Source: Octopus bimaculoides (Eukaryota). From it: 53,477 bases of DNA. A model generated the notes under the pieces. The model did not search any database. It was not told the origin of the DNA and worked only from the letters and a program-made list of their open reading frames with translations. Made by a program: the position numbers and the translations under genes. Of the stretch, positions 12,006-25,127 are shown piece after piece (the first letter of the stretch is position 1; each line of letters begins with the position of its first letter). The stretch is from NCBI RefSeq assembly GCF_001194135.2, contig NC_068986.1, forward strand, positions 21,800,805-21,854,281, read 5' to 3'.

Positions 12006-12444
12006 TTTTGATATTTCTGTAAATCTATAAACTAAATCATTAATGTTCTCTTTAGCTTTTGAAATTTTACTAGAATAGATTTTTAATTAAATTTAGATAT
12101 TTAGTTAATGAATATCTAAGATTTAAATTCAAGAAACTGAAGAAAAAACAAAGTTAATTCTAGTTTACTTCTTTGTATTTAGTCAACACATAAAACACTT
12201 ACAGCTCAGTCACTTGTAATTCATCTAACTATTCAACTACTAAATTAAATTTCATCATTATTTCAATGATGATATTAAATATCCACTTAGAAATATAAAT
12301 GTTGTTTTCTGTCAGGTCATGTTGCCTTAATAAACTTGACATGTCTCCTGAAATGCTGTGATGCCACCTCAAGTATAAATACATCTATGCCGCTCTCAGT
12401 CTTGATGGTGTTATCTGCTTCTCAAACATGGCAGGTTCTTTCTT

Positions 12445-12708
12445 TTGCACCAGCTCTCATTCTTCCAATTCTGTCTTAATAACCATGTTACCCCAGAGCA
12501 GTGGAAAATTGCCAGTGTCATTTCTCTGTTCAAAAAGGGTGACCACACATCACCTGTCAACTATCATCCAGTCAGTCTTATTAGCTGCATTGCCAAACTG
12601 ATGGAGTCCCGTTATCAGAGTAACACTCTGGAATTTCTGGAACTCTCACAGCCTTATTCAACCCTCATTATATGGATTTATCCCAAACTGCTGTGGCCAT
12701 CTCATTGA
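12445..12708 (+). mobile_element. Degenerate non-LTR retrotransposon RT fragment (CR1/L2-like)
   Basis: PEQWKIASVISLFKKGDHTSPVNYHPVSLISCIAKLME matches the canonical pre-RT motif W..A.V.P..KKG.....NYRP.SL.S...K..E. Confidence 0.8.
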
Positions 12709-13611
12709 GTTTCTTGAAGACATCACTTGAATCGAATTAAACGATTCATTCACTGTTCACTTCCTGTACATTATTCTATGTACTGTCCATGCACTTTTGG
12801 CTACTTTCTCTGAGTTGTGTACCCGAGCACTATACAAGAAGTTCATTATATACATTATATATAAAACTGTTTTTCGCAGTTAATTTTCAATGAAATTTTC
12901 AGTGGATTTATCTGATTTCCACAGTAAAAGGGTTAATCAGAATGTTCAAGAAATTGCAATAATAAATTGTGATGAGACATTAGATTAACTAAAATGTTTG
13001 TTCTTTTCCCAAGAACGATAATGATTGAGAGAGAGAGAGAGAGAGAGAGAGAAAAGAATTAGGCAACTGAGAATGATTGGCCAAAAGTTTTAATAAGAGA
13101 AGATTGCTTGCATCAAATAACTAAAAACCTAGCTAGATTCATTAACTTATTAAAACTAGTTTCTTTTTTTATTAATAACATGCATTTTTACTTAAGATTG
13201 TTACCATCAAAACCTGGATAAAGTTTGCATGTTTCTACTTTTGGACTTAGGAAAAGTATCTAAAAACTCCTTATATTTATGTTATTCAAAACTAAAAAAT
13301 ATAGTTTATTAACTTGTCATAATTTGATGACTTTGTTGGTAATAAAGGATTAAAAATATTTCAAAACTAGCATATACAACTTATTTTCAATTTATCAAGA
13401 TTGATGTAACTCTTCTTGAAGGCAAATACACAATAGAAAAAGCATATAGCAATATGTAATAAAATACAGATTGATTTTATTTATTGAAGTGAACAACATT
13501 GTTAAAATATTGTTCATTTCAATAAGCAAAGTCAATCTGTATTTATTACATATTGCATCATGCTGTTCTGATTGTGTTGTATGATTATTATTATTACTAT
13601 TATTATTATTA

Positions 13612-13828
13612 CGGTGGCAAACTGGCAGAATCATTAGCATACTGGGTGAAATGCATAGCAGTATTTTATCTGTCTTTACGTTCTGAGTTCAAATGCCACC
13701 AGGGTTGACTTTGCCTTTCATCCTGTTGGTGTTGATAGATTAAGTACCAGTTGAGTTCTAGGATTAATGTTATCGACTTACTCCTCCTCTGAAACTTCAG
13801 GCCTTATGCCTTCAGTAGAAAGGATTAT
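13612..13828 (+). mobile_element. SINE family B copy in (TTA)n
   Basis: Matches family B consensus; (tta)n on both sides. Confidence 0.75.
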
Positions 13829-14012
13829 TATTGTTATGAGTTTTTCTTTTTTCGATTTTGTTTCCATTTCTTGCTGAGTGCCTTCCTAACACCTAGGGCA
13901 AAGAAATTCACTCTCTACATCAATAGGCCATTAAAATAAGCACATCAGTTTATTCATTTACAAAATCAAACGAAACTATGTAGAAAAAACAAAAAAAAGA
14001 AGGCAATCGCTC

Positions 14013-14216
14013 TCACAGCAACAATGGTCTTCTCAATAAATGTGATGTACCAGTTAAAACAGTCTTTTGCACTTCTTTATTATTATTATTATTATTATTG
14101 TTATCATCATATTTTTTTCTGACTCCTGTCTGCAGGGAATTTTTTGTAATCAATGAAATAATCTGTATTATACCAGTATTGATCCAATTGCCTATACAAA
14201 TCTCTTCCATTGGCAA
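14013..14216 (-). mobile_element. R4/Dong-like RLE LINE C-terminal remnant
   Basis: EVQKTVLTGTSHLLRR resembles the QK..LLGT..ILR terminal motif; associated with (TAA)n. Confidence 0.5.
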
Positions 14217-14778
14217 AATTATATTGTTACTATAATTTATTACAATTTAAACAAAAATTTGTTGCAATTTATTAGTTAATTGATTTTATTAAGAATATAT
14301 TATGACATTAGTTTCGTTTTTACTATCAGATAGGCAATGTTTAAATCAGAAATTATTAGAAATTAAATTAGAAATGGGAAGCTTCAGAAATTTGGTCTTT
14401 ATGTTCATGTATTTATGCTTTCTAAAATTTAATATTCCAACTCCTGAAATTTAGTTTTTACATAAAAAATTTAACTCCTGAAATTTAAAATGTTAAGATA
14501 AAATGCAAATATCTATTTAATCTGATGCTATCGGAATATGTATTTATGTTAATTTCCATTGCTTATTATTTAGAAATTATTCCTTTTTTTTTTTATATTC
14601 AACAATAGCAATCTAGAATTTAATCAATGTTGGCTGATTTTCTTTCCATGAACTTTATAGCACTGCCATTTAATTTTTTTTTCTTTTCTTTAAATCCTTA
14701 TTTACTGCTTTGATGTGTGTTTTTTTTCTTTTCTTTTTTTTTTTTATTAATGTGTATTAACTATGTTTCAATGAATAG

Positions 14779-14808
14779 ATTACCAAAGTGACAGACAAAA
14801 ACAGCAAG
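14779..14808 (+). CDS. 30-nt microexon ITKVTDKNSK
   Basis: Long upstream poly-T tract and branch-like TATTAAC, AG acceptor, AAG|GTACTG donor, phase 0-0. Confidence 0.55.
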
Positions 14809-15342
14809 GTACTGAATGATTTTGCTATTCCTTCACAATCACTGTAGTTCACCTGGTCGCAGCTGCTGTTTCTTATAGCTGCCCAACACTCACTCATTCA
14901 TTTTAGAGAGTTACAGTTTAATACATTAAACTTGGCAACTTTGTCCTCTTATTACATCCTGATTTGTAAAGATTACAAAAGATTTCAAACAAACAACATA
15001 TACACTGAAGAATTATGTATAGTATATTTACCAAATTATAGACATTACATGTAAACATATTGGGCTTTTATTAGATTAAATATATTAGTCTTTTTTGAAA
15101 CAGATAGAATGAAGTATAGCAGTGTAAGTATGCATAAAATTATGCATTCCTATATATATGTACGTTTCAGGTATGCATAATAAATAATAGGAAATGCATC
15201 TATTACATAAGATCTTCCTCAGTTAAAACATTTCAATATATANNNNNNNNNNNNNNNNNNNNNNNNNNNNNNNNNNNNNNNNNNNNNNNNNNNNNNNNNN
15301 NNNNNNNNNNNNNNNNNNNNNNNNNNNNNNNNNNNNNNNNNN

Positions 15343-15608
15343 GTTCAATTCCCGGCGATGCATTGTGTCCTTGAGCAAGACACTTTATTTCATTTTGCTC
15401 CAGGCCACTCAGCTGTCAAAAATGAGCAGTACCTATATTTCAAAGGGCCAGACTTGTCACACTCTGTGTCACGCTGAATCTCCCTGAGAACTACGTTATG
15501 GGTACACGTGCCTGTGGAGTGCTCAGCCACTTGCATGTTAATTTCACAAGCAGGTTGTTCTGCTGATCGGATCAGCTGGGACCCCTTGTCGTAACCGACA
15601 GAGTGCTA
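15343..15608 (+). mobile_element. SINE (family C 3' tail, ccttgagcaagacactttatttca central domain)
   Basis: B box gttcaattccc; 3' ~170 nt shared with the 4420-4794 copy; 5' end lies in a gap. Confidence 0.7.
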
Positions 15609-16894
15609 CTTATATATATATATATATATACATTCGCAATATATATATAGTCCCATATATATATATATAGTAGTGATGATGAAACTCCTATATTTTATAA
15701 TCAACGTTTTAATTTTAAATAATGAAGCTTATCTCAGGTTAAAGTGTCAACAAGATATTTGTGTGTATGTGTGTGATTTAATTGCTAGATTAGATGGATG
15801 TAGTGAATAAAACATGATTATTCGGTTTATTGTAAACAACTTCTGTTAAATCAAGTCACAAGTCTAATAGCCATTCTTTGAAACTTTGCAGTTGGCAGCA
15901 ACAAAATTCCATTAGGAAAAAACTCTTGACTGGAATCCATTATTAATATTTTTGAATAAATGTAGTACACTTAGTTTTTTTCTGGTTTAGATTTGAAGAA
16001 AAATAACCTTTGCGTCTTAAGACTTGTTTAATTTTCTTTTAGTGACATCTGCCTAGTTTTATTGTGGCAAGAATACTCTTCACATCTGGGTAGGAAGAGC
16101 TGGGAATAGTGATTAGCTCAGTGAAGGAGGTGAAAGACAGAATAGGTGATGTGAAGAATAAAGACAAGTATGTCAGAGAAAAGTTAGGGGTGTATGTAGT
16201 ATGCAAAATAACTAGTTTAAGGATTAGAGGTAATGGTAGAAATGGTCGTATAAAATACTGAGAGAAGAGACAGCATATGTTAGTGAATACCTTCTTGCCA
16301 GTCAATCAGTTAGCTTTCTTCAAGTTGCGCTGTCTTGGATGTTCATGAGGATCACTACCCCAAATTGGGAACTAATATACGATTCTGGGTCACATTTCAG
16401 TTTTCTGGAGACACATATTTTATATTATTGCTGCAATTTAACATACATGTGGTTATTTGACTGGGAACTACGGCTACAGCTACTTTCAGTTATTTATGGA
16501 GTGAGCGTGTAAGGGAGAGAGCAATTACTATGAGGTAAGACAGAGGGTGAATATTCTCCTTAAGGGGAGAGAACTGCATCTGGGTTTCTCTTTTTCTTTT
16601 CAATTGTGTGAATAGAAAACCTCAGTTGTAATTCTTTAATATGAGTGGTGAGTGGCATAGATCCCCAATATTTTTGTAGACTAATCCAACTCATCATGTA
16701 TGCTGCATTCTTTAACTTTTATTTAATTATTTTCTCTATTTCATTTCAATTCTCCCAACAAAATATAATCGCAGTTCAGAAGTTCCTACACATTCTCTTT
16801 TTCCTCCTTCACTTTTCCTTTCTCACTTTCCTTCTCTCTCTCCCTCTCTCCCTGCCTTCATATTACCTTATTATTATTATTATCATTATTATTA

Positions 16895-17570
16895 GGGCGC
16901 CGAGCTGGCAGAATCATTAGTATGCCAGGCAAAATGCTTAGCGTCACTATGTTCTGAGTTCAAATTCTGCCAAGGTCGACTTTGCCTTTCATCCTTTCAG
17001 GGTTGATAAATTAAGTACCAGTGAAACACTGGGGGTCGATGTACTCGACTAGTCCCCTCTCCCAAAATTCCAGGCCTTGTGCCTTTAATAGAAAGGATCA
17101 TTATTATTACTAAGGCAGCAAGCTAGCAGAATTGTTAGCACACCGAGCGAAATGCTTAGTGGTATTTCATACATCTGTACATTGGGAGTTCAAATTCCGC
17201 CGAGGTCAACTTTGCCTTTCATCGTTTCGGGATGAACTTGCTGGCTTTGTGCCATAATTTGAAATCATTATATTATTTTTATTATTATTATTATTATTAT
17301 TGAGTTAGCAGAAATGGTAGCACACTGAACAAAATACTCAATAGTATTTCATGTGGCTCTTTATGTTCTGAGTTCAAATTCCACTAAATTCCTTTTGGCT
17401 GTCAAGTACTGGAGTCAGTATAATCACTTAAATATCTCTCCTAAAATTGCTGACCTTGGGTCAAAATTTGAAGCTGATAGACCCATTAGTTGATCACTGG
17501 GGTTAATGTAATCGACTTACCTTCGCCTCCAAAATTGCTGGCCTTGTGCCAAAATTTGGAACCTATGTTA
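16895..17570 (+). mobile_element. Head-to-tail cluster of 3-4 family B SINEs separated by (TTA)n
   Basis: Copies start at about 16895, 17112 and 17305, all on +. Confidence 0.75.
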
Positions 17571-17579
17571 TTATTATAT

Positions 17580-17895
17580 GATACCTCGAAACCCCCACGG
17601 CTTATTTTGCTGGGTTTGATGGAAAGTGCCAGCTGCCCACAGCCAGCAGACTAAGGTGACACTTGTTTACTGGTCATGCTTCAAGAACCCTGCAGAGAAC
17701 TCTTGCAGTTCCAAGCAATGCTGATTTTTGTAGGTGTTCTACCTTCACACTTGCACCAATCTTTTTCAGCCATGCTGGAAGTTGAGTGCTGATACTTCCA
17801 AATGCGCCAATCACTATTGGTATCACGTCTACTCTCTTCATTGACCACAACCTTCGTATTTCCTTCTTCAAATCATAGATGTTTATTTTTCTTTC
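17580..17895 (-). mobile_element. 5'-truncated R4/Dong-like (restriction-like endonuclease) LINE
   Basis: LKKEIRRLWSMKRVDVIPIVIGAFGSI...LQKSALLGTARVLCRVL is a typical RLE C-terminus; followed by a 3' UTR; both ends abut (TAA)n. Confidence 0.75.
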
Positions 17896-17898
17896 TTC

Positions 17899-17955
<57 letters not shown>

Positions 17956-18157
17956 GCCATAATTGGAGATTCTATATCTGGAGGACTACAACATTTATTT
18001 GTTCACATATTCTGTATACTTTTACCTCATTTTACTCTCACCTTCCCCTTTTCTTTACCTCTTGTGTAAACCCTCATACGAATTGTAAACTATCCTTGTA
18101 ATGTCCCCCTCATCTGACGCCCCTGTGGCAAATACAGGAAAATATTGTTATGATTAT

Positions 18158-18494
18158 TAAGGTGGTGAGTGGCAGAATTGTTAGCACATTAGACACAGTG
18201 CTTAGCAGCATTTCTTCTGGTTCTATACATTCTAAGTTCAAATGCTGCCAAGATCAACTTAACCTTTTATCCGTCCAGGGTTGATGAAATAAGATACCAG
18301 TCAAGTACTTGGGTCAATTGTAATTGACCAATCCTTTACCCCACCCATTCTGAGTTCAAATTCTGCCAAGATCAACTTTACCTTTCTTTCTTTTGGGGCT
18401 GATAAAATAGGTATCAATCGGCTACCGGGGTCGATATAATAAACTAGCACCTTTTTTCCCCAAAATTTCAAGCCTTCTGCTTATAGGAAAAAGA

Positions 18495-18497
<3 letters not shown>
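18158..18497 (+). mobile_element. Family B SINE with internally duplicated middle
   Basis: cattct-agttcaaat..tgccaagatcaactt occurs twice (about 18228 and 18346). Confidence 0.65.
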
Positions 18498-18531
<34 letters not shown>

Positions 18532-18960
18532 GAGTAAGAGAGCAGCATTTGCCATCAAAGTGATGCTGGGATACAAATATACAAAGCCCAGTATACCGGC
18601 CACGACTACCTGTCTGATAATGTTGCACTAGGCACATGCATCACAACCAATATGTGTGCACCATGGTGACCTCATATCAAAATGATAAGTAGTGCATGAC
18701 TTTGCAGGTGGAGCCCAGTTAGAATTTTCTTCAGGTTGAGTAGCCCATCCCATTCAAAAGGTCCCTGAATAAGAGTTGTCTAAGGATGATGAACGAAACA
18801 CCCATGTTTCCTGGGGTGAATTATTCAAACCCGAAGAATCCCTCTCAATACATGGCTATGATGCTTCCCCTTTACTGCTTGTGATCAGAGATGCACATAT
18901 CGTCATCCACCAAGGGACATGCTCAACTGCTTAAGGCCAAGCAGCTGATAAGCAAATTTG
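18532..18960. repeat. Unclassified interspersed repeat abutting (TTA)n
   Basis: GC-richer block starting immediately after the (tta)n tract; resembles an abundant Octopus repeat I recall; class not determined. Confidence 0.4.
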
Positions 18961-20574
18961 TCATCTATTTAATTTACAAATCTTTATTTTCTCTGTAATT
19001 TCTTACTTCATTTTCTTTATCAAGTCATTAGTTGTGTTATCTAATAAACTCTAAATGCTTTCCACTTACAGTTACACTCTTAATAAAATTACTAACAGTA
19101 TATTTAAAATACTAACATTTTATTAACAGCTTAAACATGATTCTTACATTTTCCACCGTCTTATTCAAATCACTTTAATATGCAGGCATAAATGATTCTC
19201 CTGATAAACCAAAGCTTTAGCAGGGGACATCATTTTGGAGAATTCTTTTTTTAATCTTGGTTTGTATAACTCTATCAAATCCAAAGTTCTAGGCTTTTTT
19301 CCTTCGTTCCTTTTACAGTTTTACTCTTTTTTTTTTTTTATGTAGTCCCATAATACTGGATACTGGAAAATGTATTTTTACAAATACATTCTATACAGGA
19401 TTAACTAAGTAATATTCTTAATGCTGACTACTAATGTGAAATTAGTGTAGCAGATTTCTAGTTTCGTTACTTCTAACGACTATAGATGAAACAAACTAGG
19501 TAGCAAGGTTTTGCAGTTCCTGAATTTATATCTACTTCAGGTGTTTCACTGTTGGATAGGACACTATATTCAACATGCCTCATTCATGTAGCTATGGGGA
19601 ATAGAGCCCCTATCATTTAGAACAGTTGTGGGCAGACTGTATCCCATGGGGGCTTTCTGAATGGCACAAAGCCAATTGGTAAAAATCAGCTGAAATTGAT
19701 CTACACTACTGCATTGTGTGTGTGTGTGTGTGTTATTTAAGACTGATCTGAAAGGAGGATTTGGTAGCAAAACTCACTTACTACAGTTGATTTCTATACT
19801 AAACTCTAAACCTAGCTGGAGTTTAGAGGCTTTCAGTGGGGGATTTTGCTTGATTCTTTGATCATGAAGGGAGAAGGGGTAGGGGAGGGAAGCACAGGAC
19901 CTTAAACTAAAAGTGAAAGAGATGTAATATTATCAATCTTCTCACAGCCCCTTCTGTTCCATACCTTTGGCACATCCATTATAACATTTTATCTTACACT
20001 CACTGACAACTTGTATTCATAATTCCACTCCCCAATATACACACAAACACTGTCTTTTCCTTATAGCATGGCATTTTATTTGCCATTGAATTCATTCAGT
20101 TGATATATTCATCACTATCAACTTTCATTCTCTTACCACTACCACCACCACTACCGTTTCCTTCATTATTTTACTTTAGTATCTCATTATTTAAATCTCT
20201 TCGTTATATTTCTACTAATTAATGTATGAGAATGCTTCATATTTGCTGAACAAATAGAATTTTATCTCATTTTCCATTGCATACTTTCAAAACGGAGTTT
20301 TTTAATCATTAAAACCAACATTTATTTATGTTTTCCTCATAAACTACACATCATATCAAGATATAATATTTTCTAAACTGAATGTTACTTTTCTATTTCT
20401 ATAGGAAGTAATGACGGTACAATTCTCTATAATTAAAAATAATTAGTACCCCCCCCCCCACACACACACACCAAAAACATCTTATTTTCTGTAAAAGTCT
20501 TTGAAATTATCCTGATGGTTTTTCTCTCGGAATACTAAAGCAAAAAATTCCAATAGGACTAGCTACATACATAT

Positions 20575-20613
<39 letters not shown>

Positions 20614-21319
20614 GATGATGTACCATAATCCTTCAGGTCACTGAGACTTCATTGTAGAGTTTGATTTTTGTGTATTTAGAACAAGATAACCTAGAAGGGG
20701 TTATATTGGGGGGGGGGGTTCTCAGACTTCATTATCTAATAAGTCCTTCCTTAATTTTTAAAGCATAATGTGAGAGAGTTTTGGCTGCTATTTCAAGCAT
20801 GAAGGGACTTCTTTGTTGCCTCTCATTTTTCTGTATTTGTGTTTATTCAAATAGTTTTTTAGATTTTAAACAGAACTTTAAGAAGCTAATTAAAAAAATA
20901 TAAACTACTAACTTATTCATAGAGATATAAGTAAGTTATATTTAGAACTGGTGGCATATGTTAGAAATGTTGTAAAATCACTGTTTTTATTGCTAAGGGG
21001 TCAAATTGTTTTTAGTTGAATTACCTCCCTTTTTTTTCTTACTATATATATATATTACATTTTTTTCCACTTCACTTTAGGCCCCTATCATAACTCATAA
21101 AAAGATAATGTTTTAGAGGCCATATTTTAAGTCATAAATTTTGACCAGTACAAATCTGAAACATTCTCATTTGGCATACTACACATTATTTAATTTAACA
21201 AGAATGAAGCATACAGCAAGGTGAACTTAACTGCTAATAACCATCTCATGTCTAGTCTAATTGCAAATTACCGTACTTGCTTTTTGCCTTCATAAATACT
21301 AATTAGATTTGCTTTAAAG

Positions 21320-21646
21320 CAAGGGTTCTCAGCTGGTGTCCACATGAAACCCCGCCTCCCCGCAGGGTCCACAAAAGCTTTAAGGTGGTCCACAAGTGAA
21401 AAATTGTAATTTGTGGGTCCAAATATAAATTTTGTTTACTAGGAGAGATACCTGTATTTATTGAAATTTTCAACATTTGTATTTGGAATTTATGTCATGA
21501 ATATAACAAAATTGTTTCATTGTTAGTTTTTACTAACCTACAAACAAATATTTTATTTCAATAATTTACATGTGCTTATATGGGGTCCACACATGATAAG
21601 ATAGCTCTCAGGGAGTCCACAAGCAAAATAAGGTTGGGAACCTCTG
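21320..21646. mobile_element. hAT (Charlie/MER5-like) MITE
   Basis: CAAGGGTTCTCAGCT...AGGTTGGGAACCTCTG terminal inverted repeats with a perfect 8-bp TSD CTTTAAAG. Confidence 0.8.
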
Positions 21647-22074
21647 CTTTAAAGCATAGAATATCTACTGACATTAGTACATTTAGTAACCCTGATATTT
21701 TTCATTTATCCATAATCTAATTCGCTTTAAAAAAAAAAAATCATTGAGTCTTTAATACAAAATTACTTTTGTAAAAGCAACATCATCATCAGTTGCTTTG
21801 GTTAATTACTTCTTTTTTTGTAAATGCAAGAAAATTGCTTGTAGCTATTTTAAAATTTATTTTCAAATTTGCTTGTATTATTTTTTTAAAATTGCATCAA
21901 ATGACTTATGTTGGTTATATTAAACTTTTTATATATTTTTGATAACTTTTTAACTCTCATAAATATTTGCATTTAAGCTGGAATAATCGTATGTAAATTA
22001 TAATTAACAATAATTTTTTTTTTTTCAACCAGTTATATTTATTTTCCTTTTTAGATTCACTTTTTAAGCAGGTG

Positions 22075-22510
22075 ATTTTTGTTAGAACTCTCCCTTCCCT
22101 GGGAGGACCACATCGAGGAGGCAAATGAGAATAAAAGGAGGAAAGATTCAGAGTTAATGGAACTATGCCAAAGTAATGGGTGGCAAGCGAAGTGTGACCC
22201 CCATTGAGATAAGACCTAGAAGGTTCACAAGCCAGCCCCTCTGCAGAGATTATAACATGCTGGGTATCACAGGGGCCAGTAAGCAAAGGGTCATTAAACT
22301 GGTTGTAGAGGCAGCAGAGGTTGCCTTCAAGGCGACTGAGAATCGGGAGGTATGAGCTCTGGAAGGGGCGGTACTAACTGGACCACAGGCTCGGACTTGG
22401 TCAATCCTGGCCCAGGTCTCCTGGGTGAGGGTGTCTGATGTTGAAAGACCCAAATCACCTAATGACCCTAGGAAACATCACTGATGATGTGCTGAGGTGC
22501 ATTACAGGAT
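22075..22510 (+). mobile_element. HERO-clade RLE LINE 3' fragment
   Basis: LELSLPWEDHIEEANENKRRKDSELMELCQSNGWQAKCDP (ELTVPWE..IEEA motif), frameshifted continuation, and 3' UTR gggtgagggtgtctgatgttgaaagaccc...catcactgatgatgtg. Confidence 0.7.
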
Positions 22511-22719
22511 GATGTATGGTAAAACAGTAAATATTGTACAATATCATTCATATATGACTCAAACATTTGATTTGAATGTAAAAGAATCTATGAGTATGTA
22601 AGAATATTTTTTAATGATCTGCTTCATATTTTAAGAGACCAAGATGGAGGCCTATCTGTGAGATATAACTAAGCCTTACTACATGCAATGACATCGTTTT
22701 CTTATTGTATGACTCTGTA

Positions 22720-23829
22720 AGGTGGCAAGTTGGCATGTTAGTATGCTGGACAAAATGCCTAATGGTAAATCGTCCATCTGTACCTTCTGAATTCAAATTC
22801 CACTGGGGTCAACTTCACCTTTTATGGTCATTAAGTACATATTTGAACTGATGTAATTGCCTATCGTTTCGATAATTGCTGGCTCTGTGCCAAAATTTGA
22901 AAATATTTATTTTTATTATTATTTCTATAATTATTATTATTATTATCACTTCAAATTCTGCTGGGGTCGACTTTGCCGTTCATCCTTTTGGGGTCGATTA
23001 GATAAGTACCAGTTATGCATTGGGGGTCAATGTAATCAACCTAATCCCTTCTCCCAAATTTGAGGCCTTCTGCTTCCAGTAGAAAGGATTATTATTATTA
23101 TTGTTATTATTATTATTATTATCATCACTGTCTCATTTCAAGGACAATATAATGAGGGCATGTTAAGAACTGGAATTGATTTAATCGACTTCATTTTATG
23201 ATAAAGTTTGTCACACTGTAGCAATGCTAGAAATTATTATTGCTGAAGGAGGCAAGCTGGAAGAATCGTTGGCATGCTGGGCAAAATGTTTAGTGGCATT
23301 TTGACCATCTTTACATTCTGAGTTTAAATTCCACCCAGGGTTGACTTTGCCTTTCATCTTTTGGGGTCGAGAAAATAAGTACCAGTTGAACACTGAGGTT
23401 GATGTTATCGACTCATCCCCTACCCCAAAACTGTTGCCCTTGTGGCAAAATTTGAAACCATTATCATCATCAGCATCATCATTATTGTTAAGGTAGCAAA
23501 CAGGCAAAATCGTTAAGATGCTGGGCAAAATGCTTAGCAGTATTTCATCTGGCTTTACATTCTGAGTTCAAATTCCACCAAGGTCAGCTATGCCTTTCAT
23601 CCTTTCGGGGTTGATAAAATGAGTACCAGTTACACACTGGGGTTGATGTAATTGACTATCCCCTTCCCCCAAATTTCAAGCTTTGTGCCTATAGTACAAA
23701 GGATTATTATTATTATTATTATTATTATTNNNNNNNNNNNNNNNNNNNNNNNNNNNNNNNNNNNNNNNNNNNNNNNNNNNNNNNNNNNNNNNNNNNNNNN
23801 NNNNNNNNNNNNNNNNNNNNNNNNNNNNN

Positions 23830-23875
<46 letters not shown>

Positions 23876-24082
23876 GCAAGCTGGCAGAATCATTAGCACA
23901 TTGGGTGAAATACTTAGTGGCACTTGGTCTGTATTTACATTCTGAATTCAATTTCCACTGGGTTTGGTTTTGCCTTTTATCCTTTCAGAATCAATAAAAT
24001 AATGTACCAGTTGAGCATTGGGGTTGATGTAATGACTAGCTCACAACCCCAAAATTGCTGGCCTTGTGCCAAAATTTGAAAC

Positions 24083-24144
<62 letters not shown>

Positions 24145-24153
24145 TTATTATTA

Positions 24154-24193
<40 letters not shown>

Positions 24194-24405
24194 GGTGGTG
24201 AACTGACAGAAATGTTAGCATGCTGGGCAAAATGCTCAGCGGTATTTCGCCTGTCGCTACATTCTGAGTTCAAATTCCGCTGAGGTCGACTTTGCCTTTC
24301 ATCCTTTCAGGGTCGATAAATTCAGTACCAGATGCATACTGTGGTCAATCAGATCGACTGGCCCCCTCCCCCAAAATTTCAGGCCTTGTACCTATAGTAG
24401 AAAAG

Positions 24406-24441
<36 letters not shown>

Positions 24442-24620
24442 GAAATAATGATACCGCAGTATCAGACAAAATGCCTTGTGGTATTTAGTTACTGTTCTTT
24501 GCATGTGAGTGCAAGTCCTATCTTGTCTTTCATCCTTCCGAGCTTGAAAATACTAAAATTGATGTCCCTGTTTGTGTTCCTCCTCCTCCTCACAAATTTT
24601 CTGGCCTTTGCCTGTTTGAG
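22720..24620 (+). mobile_element. Tandem array of about 7 family B SINE copies with microsatellite spacers
   Basis: Copies at about 22725, 22950 (partial), 23245, 23490, 23878, 24192 and 24455 (decayed), all on +, spaced by (TTA)n/(TGT)n/(TAG)n. Confidence 0.8.
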
Positions 24621-25127
24621 AAATTAGGGCAAAGCATTGGCAGAATATGTGTAGGTGCATAGGCTAGTGCTTAAAGTTTTGGGCTGATGATAATAAGGTC
24701 TTGGTTTCAATTCCCAAAGTGTACAGCATATTGAGTTATTTGAGCAAAACACTTAATTTCTTATTGCCCCTGCCCACTCAGCTGGAAACAAGTACCAGCA
24801 ACAGCAATGGACTGGCATCTTGTTCAGTGAGAAGTTTTGTATTCTCTGTCATTATAGCCACAGAAACCAGGAAAAGCTCCAGGCTAATGAACCTGCATAT
24901 AGACAAACCTAAGGTCCTTAGATTGGTTGAATAGGTATTGTCAAATAAAATACCTTGAACTTGAATCATGCTAGCTTCTAGTTTGCCTTTCATCCTTCTA
25001 GGGGGTCAATAAAGTGAATACCTGTGATATACTGGGGTTGATATTGACAATAATTGCCCCAGAGTTTTGTGGCCATGTAATCAATGTTAGAACCCTATTT
25101 CAATAAATGCTATTTATCTTCTTCCAG

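Noticed and set aside
16030-16480. Possible decayed CR1/L2 3' fragment on the minus strand
   Set aside because: Only vague similarity (SSPIWG, LFSQYF); too degenerate to call.
17802-24230. Poly-Leu, poly-Asn, poly-Gln and poly-Ile ORFs
   Set aside because: Translations of (TTA)n/(TGT)n microsatellites between SINEs.
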